Source of the DNA: a virus
Taxonomy: Duplodnaviria > Caudoviricetes
Length of the DNA stretch: 39,104 bases
Reading direction: 5' to 3' (one strand)
IMG/VR virus record: IMGVR_UViG_3300033146_002620
Location: 1-39,104 of that record
Shown here piece after piece: positions 28,662-37,013 of this stretch. How positions within the stretch are numbered: position 1 is the first letter of the stretch; each line of letters opens with the position of its first letter. A program made the translations under genes and the position numbers. Under the pieces are notes generated by a model. It was not told the DNA's origin and made no database searches. It saw nothing but the letters and a program-made list of their open reading frames with translations.

Positions 28662-29393
28662 TTATATTTTTTTAACATAACCAATAGAACCATATTTATA
28701 ATAGGTTTCTTCGATTTCTGGTAATAAATATGCTGAACGCAATATACTTGGGGTGTGTTGAATTATTGCTGCTACATCTCTTAATGTTTCATTAAAATTC
28801 TTTTTTATCTCTTTTAAATCTTTTGTTTTCTTTAATTTAGATAATTTTTCTCGCATTAATTTATTTGCTTTATATCCTCTTAAATCTTTTGATGTAATAT
28901 TAAATTTAGATAAATATGTATTTACTTGATATGGTTTAATTTGCTTTCCATCTTCGGTAATAAATAAATTTCCCTTATTTCGTTTTTTTAACTTTTTAAG
29001 TATATTAGCAATTTTCCCATTTTTTATTGTATTATCGTGATCAACTCCGGATTTTCCAGTATATTTTAATGTGATATTAGTGCCACTTATCGCTACGTGT
29101 TTTGATTGAAAGTTAGATATACCATGATGACCATTTTGTGCTGAATTATCATTACCTACACGCTCACCAGTCATTTCTATTATTTTAGATATAGTTGCTA
29201 TTAAAACCGTAGTTTCATCTGAACTAGATAAATCTTTAGTTATTTGTGTTTTTAATTTAGATATATTTTTACTTAAATTTTTTATAGCACTTCGTTTTTT
29301 ATCCCACCGTATTTTCAACTCCTTTTCTGTTGGTTTAGGTGGGGGAGTAAATATTTTTTTTTCAAATAAGCCAAATGTTTTTAAATATTTCAT
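28662..29393 (-). CDS. Type IB DNA topoisomerase, catalytic core only
   Basis: Catalytic pentad segments GERVGN (R), YTGKSGV (K), SKDLRGYKAN (R) and QHTPSILRSAY (H, Y); leader MKYLKTFGLFE. Confidence 0.88.
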   Translation of the reverse strand: MKYLKTFGLFEKKIFTPPPKPTEKELKIRWDKKRSAIKNLSKNISKLKTQITKDLSSSDETTVLIATISKIIEMTGERVGNDNSAQNGHHGISNFQSKHVAISGTNITLKYTGKSGVDHDNTIKNGKIANILKKLKKRNKGNLFITEDGKQIKPYQVNTYLSKFNITSKDLRGYKANKLMREKLSKLKKTKDLKEIKKNFNETLRDVAAIIQHTPSILRSAYLLPEIEETYYKYGSIGYVKKI

Positions 29394-29396
29394 ATT

Positions 29397-30551
29397 TTAT
29401 ATATTAAAATTATCAACTAATAATTTTTGTTTTATTATATCTATGTTTTTATCGTGATATTTTATCGAATCTATTCTAATTCTAGCTTCGTGTTTTTCTG
29501 TAAAATAATTACCTAATTCTAATGGATGGTAATAAAATTTAACTGTTATTATTTGTTGCCAATTTTTTTCTATCCCAGTACATAATCCAATATTTTTATT
29601 TAAAAAATCCTTAAATATTTTTATTTGATTTTTGGATATTCCTGGATAATTTATTTCTTTAAAAGAAGCAATAATATATTCATCAACAAATTCTAATTTT
29701 TTATTATTTTCAAATAATTCATAGTTTATTATTATTTTATTTTCATGAATATTATTAGTATATGTGGAAAAGTTTTTACTATTTATAGATTTTATTTGAT
29801 TTGCATTAAATATAATATACACATCGTTTATTATTGATGATTTATCAGATATATCATCAATACAATTTTTATAAATTATACCATCATAATTAATTTCTGG
29901 ATCACCAAGTACCTCTATTAATGCTTCATCAAACATATATTCTTCGATTTCATCATCATCTTCTAAGTTATAATTATTTCTAGCAGTTTCTTCAATATCT
30001 TCTCTATTATCTTCAATATCTTCTTCATTGTGGGATATAGTATCATATATATCATACCACACATCCTCTTCAAATGCTCCATTTTTTAAAACATTTATTA
30101 TTTTTTGCGTTTTTTCAATATTAGCCAACTCCCCATGACCATCTATTATATATGGGTTTTCTATTTTTAAATAAACAGATACAAATTTTATTTGTTCTTC
30201 TGCTGCTACTGGTATATCATCAAACATTTTTTCTGCTTCTTTTTCACTATAACCAAGTTCCATTATATTTATTACAGCATCATTTTTTTCAGTATAATTC
30301 AAATCTTCAAATCTTCTTAAAAAAGATTGTCTTGAATAATCTTCTGCTACTGTTTTATTATTTGTAAAATAAAATGCCCCATATTCATTATTACACGTAT
30401 TATCACCACACCATCTATCATCAAATTCCGTGATGATACTTGACGTACCGTGATAAACAACCAATGGTTTATTATATTCATCTACTACTTTAGAATCACC
30501 AAACCAATATTGTAACTGTGATAGTGAATTATATTCATATAAATATTTCAT
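29397..30551 (-). CDS. ART-PolyVal-like ADP-ribosyltransferase
   Basis: WFGDSKVVDEYNKPLVVYHGT, GAFYFT....AEDY, VYLKIENP, YDGII and YIIFNANQIKS. Confidence 0.75.
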   Translation of the reverse strand: MKYLYEYNSLSQLQYWFGDSKVVDEYNKPLVVYHGTSSIITEFDDRWCGDNTCNNEYGAFYFTNNKTVAEDYSRQSFLRRFEDLNYTEKNDAVINIMELGYSEKEAEKMFDDIPVAAEEQIKFVSVYLKIENPYIIDGHGELANIEKTQKIINVLKNGAFEEDVWYDIYDTISHNEEDIEDNREDIEETARNNYNLEDDDEIEEYMFDEALIEVLGDPEINYDGIIYKNCIDDISDKSSIINDVYIIFNANQIKSINSKNFSTYTNNIHENKIIINYELFENNKKLEFVDEYIIASFKEINYPGISKNQIKIFKDFLNKNIGLCTGIEKNWQQIITVKFYYHPLELGNYFTEKHEARIRIDSIKYHDKNIDIIKQKLLVDNFNI

Positions 30552-31000
30552 ATATTAAATTCTTCTATTATTTTTTCTTCTGATTTTTCTTTTTGATATT
30601 CATCAATAATATATTTGCAAAAAGTTGATTTATTATTCATATTTTTTAACCTTTTTAATTCTTCTATGTAATGTTTATTAAAATTAGTATAAATAAAATT
30701 AACCCAGTTATCACTTATAGTTAAAAAACATTCATAATTATTAAATATTTCTATCATCAAATTATAAAATTCATTAAAATTATATTCTGTTATAATTTCA
30801 AAATCTGAAATTATATTATTTCCTATACTATATTCATCATCACCATCCACTATATAATTGAATCCAATAATTGAATTGTTTATGTTTTCAAATTCAAATA
30901 TTTTATTATTATATTGATCATATAATATGATATTTAATTTATCATATTCTAATAAATTATTCTCTATTATTATATCATTATAATATTTAAGTCTTTTCAT
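30548..31000 (-). CDS. Putative internal head protein (capsid-targeting-like leader)
   Basis: MKRLKYYNDIIIEN leader; C-terminus EEFNI. Confidence 0.6.
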   Translation of the reverse strand: MKRLKYYNDIIIENNLLEYDKLNIILYDQYNNKIFEFENINNSIIGFNYIVDGDDEYSIGNNIISDFEIITEYNFNEFYNLMIEIFNNYECFLTISDNWVNFIYTNFNKHYIEELKRLKNMNNKSTFCKYIIDEYQKEKSEEKIIEEFNI

Positions 31001-31002
31001 AA

Positions 31003-31018
31003 TTTATATATATATAAA
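31003..31018. promoter_or_regulatory. Palindromic TTTATATATATATAAA, candidate bidirectional late promoter
   Basis: Sits between the divergent starts at 31000 (-) and 31040 (+). Confidence 0.5.
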
Positions 31019-31039
31019 AAAATAATATATTAAATTTTC

Positions 31040-32551
31040 ATGAAAAATTATAAAAGTTATACACTTATACTCGAAAAATAAAAAAACGTAAAAATAGAGG
31101 TAAAAATAAAAAAATTTTTTAATAATAAATTTATTATTAAAAAATTAATTTCAATGAACCCCAAATTATCTATATGGTTTGCATCTCAATTTGTTACATT
31201 GGTTATTAAAGAATACCCAGACATAAAAATAAATAAAAGTGATTTTATTAATATGTCTAATAAATTAAAAGAAAAATGTAATATAACATGGAAGAAATAT
31301 TCATCTGATTTTCAATATATTAATGATTATATTGTTTCCTTAGATATTACCCCAGATGAAAGAAAAAATATAACTAAAAATAATTTTGATTATGCATTAC
31401 AAAAATCGAAAACTTGGCATAATAGTTTAAAAGCTGGTGGTGAAATATATAATGAATATGGAGATATAATAAAGAAATTTGAGGATGGATTTTATTGGAT
31501 AGATTTAAATGAATCATATTGCAGTGAAGAAGCAAATGCTATGGGTCATTGTGGTAATACATCTAAAGGTACATTGATTAGTCTTAGAGATAGGAAAAAA
31601 CAACCACATATTACAGCTTCTTGGGATAAAAATAGTGGTATAATATATCAAATGAAAGGAAAAAATAATAAAAAACCAATAAAAGCATACCATAAATATA
31701 TAGTTGAATTATTATGTGATACTGAATTAAATTTTTTAGGATTTGGTGGTGAATATGATAGAGTTGAAGATTTTAATCCAAATGATTTAAATAAAGAGTT
31801 ATATTCTAAATTAATAAATATTAGACCTAAGATAAATGAACCTATATATGATGATGAAGAAATAAAAGATAAGTTCGATAATTTAGATACATGGAGAGCA
31901 TTTTCTTGGGGTTATGAATTAAATAACACAAACAAAAAAAACTAGACTATTTTAATAAAGTTATTATTGATTATACAAAGGAAAAAAAAGATATACTACC
32001 ATTAATTTTATTATTAAAGAATTATTTTAATTATAAATATGAAGAAATTGAAACAGATACATTAAATTCAAGTAGATTATTAGATGTATTATCTAGTTGG
32101 ATAGCCGCAGATAATTATATTAAAGATGGTATTAGTTTTAGCAATAATATGAATAATATCGAAAAATGGGAAATTTTAATTAAAATTTACACAAAAGAGG
32201 AATTACATAAAATTATTAGAGAGAATAACCACAATAATAAATTAATACGCTTTGATGAATATGTAATTGAAAAATTTAGTTATAATACAGCATATACTAT
32301 AAAATGGTATATTGGCGATATAATATATTTCTTTATGGATATATTACTTATTGATGATAATATTAATATAATTTATGATGAATTAACAAAAATATTTGAT
32401 CCAAATAGTGATGTAGGAAATGAATATGATGGAGATATTGAATTGGATGATTTGTTTGATATTGGTGAGATACACACATATATCAGAAGAATTATCAATA
32501 GCCCAGATGATGAATGAATTAGAAAATTTTAACATGTTCGATGAATATTAA
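31040..32551 (+). pseudogene. PcfJ-like domain protein interrupted by one in-frame stop and two frameshifts
   Basis: KTWH...EEANAMGHCG...LISLRD...PHIT...YQMKGKNNKKP. Lesions are a TAA at 31079, a frame change at A8 31934-31941 and a probable change near 32472-32483. It joins ORFs 31154-31945 and 32149-32517. Confidence 0.6.
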
Positions 32552-32598
32552 ATTAAACATTTTATGATTTTATTACTATAAAAAATAAAATCAAAAAG

Positions 32599-33729
32599 AT
32601 GGTAAAGGTAAATTTAATAATAGATGGTTCATATCTATTATATAAAAATGTATTTATTTTACAAAAATTTAAATCAATACAAGATTTAGAAGATTTATTA
32701 TTAAAAGATTATAATAGAATAAGTAAATCATATCCTTTTAATAAAAGATATTTTGTTTCTGATTCAAAAGAAAATAACTGGAGAAAACAAATATATAATG
32801 ATTATAAAGGAAAAAGGAAAAAAGATAAAAATATTGATTGGGATTATGTATTTAAAACATATGATTTATTTAAAGAAAAATTAAGAAAAAAACCAAACGT
32901 TAAAATATTAGAACATGTTGGATTAGAAGGTGATGACTTTATTTCACATATTATTACAACATCAAATAAAGATGGTTATTCTAATGTTTTGGTTGCTAGT
33001 GATGGAGATTTACAACAATTACTTAAATTTGATTTAAATGATTTATTTATTAATTTCCAATGGAATTATAAATTCTCTGATGAAAGATTATATTTACCAA
33101 AAGACTATCAACTTTTTTTAGATAAATTAATAAATTCACCAGATAATAATATATTTAGTCCTAACAATGATTCAGAATTTGGGTATTATATAGAATCTTT
33201 ATTACAACAAACAAAAGTTTCAACTATCATACCAGAAAAAATATTATTTGTAAAATTAGTACATGGTGATACCGCAGATAATATACCATCTATAATAAAG
33301 ATAAAGGATAAAAAATATGATGTTAATGGTAGAGGTATTGGTGAAACTGGAGCTGAATCTCTTTATAAATTATATAAAGAAATAAACCCAGAAGAAATTG
33401 ATTTTAATTCACCGATTTTTATAGAAAAATTAATAGATGTTGTATTATATTATAAAAAAATAAAATCAACATTATATAGGGATATTATAAAAGAAAACAT
33501 AATATTTAATAAAAAATTAATAATATTGGATCCTATTCATATGCCTGATTTAGTATATGAAAATATGGTATCTCATTTCAACCAAATCATTAACCAAAAA
33601 ATAGAGTATATACCTGAAATTGAAGAGAATGAAGAAGAATATGATATAAAAAATAATATTGTAACTAATATCATAGAAAAAGATATTGATGATATGGATA
33701 CTGAAATAGATGATTTTTGGGAATTGTAA
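32599..33729 (+). CDS. rnh: 5'-3' exonuclease / T4 RNase H-like (FEN family)
   Basis: LIIDGSY, WRKQIYNDYKGKR, LEGDDFI, ASDGDLQQL, GDTADNIP and GIG. Confidence 0.88.
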   Translation: MVKVNLIIDGSYLLYKNVFILQKFKSIQDLEDLLLKDYNRISKSYPFNKRYFVSDSKENNWRKQIYNDYKGKRKKDKNIDWDYVFKTYDLFKEKLRKKPNVKILEHVGLEGDDFISHIITTSNKDGYSNVLVASDGDLQQLLKFDLNDLFINFQWNYKFSDERLYLPKDYQLFLDKLINSPDNNIFSPNNDSEFGYYIESLLQQTKVSTIIPEKILFVKLVHGDTADNIPSIIKIKDKKYDVNGRGIGETGAESLYKLYKEINPEEIDFNSPIFIEKLIDVVLYYKKIKSTLYRDIIKENIIFNKKLIILDPIHMPDLVYENMVSHFNQIINQKIEYIPEIEENEEEYDIKNNIVTNIIEKDIDDMDTEIDDFWEL

Positions 33730-33995
33730 TGAAAAATATATATCAAAAAAATATAGGGGAATATGTTATTTATACACATAAATATTCTCGTTTTAATAGT
33801 TTTAATAGTTTTACATATTGTAATGAATATAAAATATTAGATATTAATTGTTATACCATTCCTATAATTAAAGTATTAATTAAAATAATTGATGATCATG
33901 ATACTATGAGGTGGATAAATATAAAATATTTTGATGATATAAATACTATTAGAGAATTAAAATTAAAAAATATTATACAAGAAAAACCGATTTAA
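33729..33995 (+). CDS. Hypothetical protein
   Basis: TAATG-coupled start at 33729; C-terminal IRELKLKNI motif. Confidence 0.6.
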   Translation: MKNIYQKNIGEYVIYTHKYSRFNSFNSFTYCNEYKILDINCYTIPIIKVLIKIIDDHDTMRWINIKYFDDINTIRELKLKNIIQEKPI

Positions 33996-34014
33996 TTATT
34001 TTAAATCGGTTTTT
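33982..34014. terminator. Bidirectional terminator at a convergence point
   Basis: AAAACCGATTTAA-loop-TTAAATCGGTTTT. Confidence 0.75.
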
Positions 34015-34136
34015 TTAAGATTATTAAGAATATGTTTATATTTATCAGCTAATAAGTAATATTCATTTTTTATTGCAACTTTTAAACGATTTTCATATAA
34101 TTCAATTAATATGGTTTTTAATTTTTTATTTTCCAT
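33996..34136 (-). CDS. 46-aa protein with a UVR-like motif (below the ORF-track cutoff)
   Basis: TAATG-coupled to the upstream gene: MENKKLKTILIELYENRLKVAIKNEYYLLADKYKHILNNLKKTDLK. Confidence 0.55.
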   Translation of the reverse strand: MENKKLKTILIELYENRLKVAIKNEYYLLADKYKHILNNLKKTDLK

Positions 34137-34402
34137 TAATCTTCCAACGATAATATATATACCTCTATTGTTTGTTTTACATCATCTGGTATATCATTTA
34201 TTTTTATATTATTTTCATTTACTTCACCTATCCACATATCAATTCTAAAGCAATCAGAATTATCACATTTCATTTCGAGATATATTTCTATTTCTCCAAT
34301 TTCATTGTTTGCTAATAATTCTATTGTTGCTCTTGTCACAAATGATGTTTCAAAAGTATCCCTGTTTGTGGGTTTATCTTGGATTGGAAATTCTATTTTC
34401 AT
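34136..34402 (-). CDS. Hypothetical protein
   Basis: 88 aa ORF in a tightly packed minus-strand run. Confidence 0.6.
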   Translation of the reverse strand: MKIEFPIQDKPTNRDTFETSFVTRATIELLANNEIGEIEIYLEMKCDNSDCFRIDMWIGEVNENNIKINDIPDDVKQTIEVYILSLED

Positions 34403-34413
34403 ATAATGTTGTT

Positions 34414-34839
34414 TTATGATTCAGAATAAAAAAAGAAATGTGAATTTCTATATTCTATTTTTGATTCTTTTAATAATTCTAATAATTCTAATCTTAATTT
34501 ATGTGTTAAATTTTCTACTCGAATTTCTGGTCTATTCCAATGTTGTAGCCCAAGTTCTTCAAAATCTAAATTTGGATATTGAACTTTTGTATCATATATG
34601 AAAATTCTAGTTTTTATTGGAAAATTATATGAATCTATTTTATTTTTTAAAAAAATCAAAATATCTTTTTTTTCTATATCAGTAAATGTTTGTTCGTTAA
34701 CTTCAACATATATAAACGTTTCATTTTTTTCTCCTTTTGGTACAAAACCATCCTCATAATAATCATCCCATATATTAATTGGGATATGTGAATCTTTTTT
34801 GGTTGAGTTTTTTTCTTTAATTTCTTCTTTTATTTCCAT
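34414..34839 (-). CDS. Hypothetical protein
   Basis: 141 aa ORF in a tightly packed minus-strand run. Confidence 0.65.
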   Translation of the reverse strand: MEIKEEIKEKNSTKKDSHIPINIWDDYYEDGFVPKGEKNETFIYVEVNEQTFTDIEKKDILIFLKNKIDSYNFPIKTRIFIYDTKVQYPNLDFEELGLQHWNRPEIRVENLTHKLRLELLELLKESKIEYRNSHFFFYSES

Positions 34840-34870
34840 GGCTTCTTTTATTATTTATATTCATTATAGG

Positions 34871-35947
34871 CTAATTAGTTTGATTATCTAAATTATGCTT
34901 ATTTATAATATAATTTTTATGTTTTGATTTATCAATTATTTCTTTCCTAATATCTGGATTTATCATCAAAGATGGTGTTAAATGATATATACCATCAACC
35001 GTAAACATATCTAATTCTGTTTTCCAATATGGACATATATTTTTTAATTTGAGTAATTGTTCTGTTGGTGATCTATATGAAAATGCAGTTTTTTTCCTCT
35101 GAATTGATACACCAGCACCATCAAACAACCACACTTTACCATGATATTCATTTTTTAAAATTACCATGAATTTATGATGCCATTTTTTTTCATCAATAAT
35201 AGTTCTATGTCTATATTCTGTTATAATATCATCGGATGTTTGTAATGTTTTTAATAACATTACGTTTGTGTGACCAGTTCTAATATGTTTAATATTATCG
35301 AAGACTTGTTTAAATTTTATAACTTCATCATCATCAATTCTTATATCTGATATTTTCAAAATATGATTGACTAAATCATTATATAATATATCTTCTATTC
35401 TTCCTGGTCTTAATTCACCATCAGTACCAACACCAAATTCTATAAGGTAGTTATCTACTTTTAAATTTCTCAATAAATATAATGATGTGAAATCCATCAT
35501 TGGTGATAATAAATGTGGATCTGATTCATCACCTAAAATATCACCACCAACATCAACTGCTACAACTAAATCATAACCATTATCTTCAATAAATTTATTA
35601 AATTCTGAAACTAAACTTTTTGTACCAAACCTAATAGATATATCATAAAAGTCAGCATCAATTATACCTTTTGTTGCATTTGGTATATAATTATCTATAA
35701 AACTAATCTCTTTTAATCCATCTGAAGTTTCTATGAATCTTTTAGCATCTAATATAGGGTTGATTACTTTTTCTGGTGAACCATTAAATATATGCTTTGC
35801 AGCCGGAGATAATACTCCACCAATATCTGTTTTTATACCATATTTTTGTAAATGTAATGCTGGTATAATCGCACTAACTATATCATTTCCTCCACCAGTA
35901 CCAAAAACAAATGCTTTTTTATACTTTTTAAATTTTTCTGTAAACAT
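34871..35947 (-). CDS. DUF1152-family protein
   Basis: GTGGGNDIVSA, VVAVDVGGDIL, LLSPMMD and GVGTDGEL. Confidence 0.75.
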   Translation of the reverse strand: MFTEKFKKYKKAFVFGTGGGNDIVSAIIPALHLQKYGIKTDIGGVLSPAAKHIFNGSPEKVINPILDAKRFIETSDGLKEISFIDNYIPNATKGIIDADFYDISIRFGTKSLVSEFNKFIEDNGYDLVVAVDVGGDILGDESDPHLLSPMMDFTSLYLLRNLKVDNYLIEFGVGTDGELRPGRIEDILYNDLVNHILKISDIRIDDDEVIKFKQVFDNIKHIRTGHTNVMLLKTLQTSDDIITEYRHRTIIDEKKWHHKFMVILKNEYHGKVWLFDGAGVSIQRKKTAFSYRSPTEQLLKLKNICPYWKTELDMFTVDGIYHLTPSLMINPDIRKEIIDKSKHKNYIINKHNLDNQTN

Positions 35948-35952
35948 ATTTT

Positions 35953-36360
35953 TTAAATTATAATTGTTTTTTTAATAATATTATTTGTATCACAAAATAG
36001 TTTTGGTAGATTATTAATATTACACCAAATCCATTCTTCACATTTATTTGGTTCTAAATTTTTTACTTTTATATTTGGATTAACATTATCAGCTAAAAAA
36101 TATAATGTAGTGTAATGTTTTTCTCCAAAAAAATCTTCACTAAAACCTAATTTAGTATATGAGTCGAAACTAACACCAATCTCTTCTTCTAATTCTCGTG
36201 AACACGTATCGTTATATGTTTCACCATATTCTAAATGACCACCAGGAACAGAATATTCACCACTACCATGTGAACCTTTTCTTTTTCCAATTAATATTTC
36301 TTTATTATTATTATTTTCTCTTAATATTATTACGGATACTCCTATTTTTGCTTGTTTCAT
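35953..36360 (-). CDS. NUDIX hydrolase (MutT/NUDT15-like)
   Basis: IGVSVII...GKRKGSHGSGEYSVPGGHLEYGE....CSRELEEEIG and NLEPNKCEEWIW; start placed at MKQAK. Confidence 0.9.
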   Translation of the reverse strand: MKQAKIGVSVIILRENNNNKEILIGKRKGSHGSGEYSVPGGHLEYGETYNDTCSRELEEEIGVSFDSYTKLGFSEDFFGEKHYTTLYFLADNVNPNIKVKNLEPNKCEEWIWCNINNLPKLFCDTNNIIKKTIII

Positions 36361-36373
36361 ATTTTTATTTATT

Positions 36374-37009
36374 TTAGACATTAACATATATTGAATAATC
36401 TTCTTTTGGTAAATCAACATATAAAGAGTATTCTGCTTTATTATATAATTCTGTGTATAAATAATCTTCATCAATAAAATTAATAAAATTATCTATTTCA
36501 TATCTATGTATTTTTAATCTAATATATTCGGTGTTAGTAAGTTCTAATACCCTATGGTCTTCATCACAATCTATTTGTTTAAAAACTAAAAATCGCTTAC
36601 CATTAGAATTTTTATTTATCCATTCATCTTTATATTCTTTTATTTTTAAATTATTAAAATCATCTGATTCTCTTTTTAAATAGTTATTATCTACAATAAC
36701 ATCTTTTAATATTATTGTAATTAATATTAAAAGAGATATTATCATAGAGATATAAAGTGATACTATATTAGCTAGAAAAAAAATTAAACCAAGAAATATA
36801 ATAACTACACCCATTATGATATAATATGATATATGTCGTCTTGGTTTATATGTAAAATTGGGTTTACTATATATTGAATTATACCAATTAATATCTTTAT
36901 TATCTTCACCCAACTCATTACGTAAAGTATATCTATTATAATAACGATTGTTTTTTGATTTCGTTTTTATTTCTATCTCTTTATTATTCTCTATCTTGTA
37001 AAATTTCAT
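36374..37009 (-). CDS. Hypothetical two-TM membrane protein
   Basis: Hydrophobic stretch YYIIMGVVIIFLGLIFFLANIVSLYISMIISLLILITIIL. Confidence 0.65.
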   Translation of the reverse strand: MKFYKIENNKEIEIKTKSKNNRYYNRYTLRNELGEDNKDINWYNSIYSKPNFTYKPRRHISYYIIMGVVIIFLGLIFFLANIVSLYISMIISLLILITIILKDVIVDNNYLKRESDDFNNLKIKEYKDEWINKNSNGKRFLVFKQIDCDEDHRVLELTNTEYIRLKIHRYEIDNFINFIDEDYLYTELYNKAEYSLYVDLPKEDYSIYVNV

Positions 37010-37013
37010 ATCT

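Noticed and set aside
28662-29393. Tyrosine integrase implying a prophage or mobile element
   Set aside because: GKSGV, KDLR.Y.AN and HTPSI.R.AY fit Topo IB better, and no att-like repeats or element boundaries were seen.
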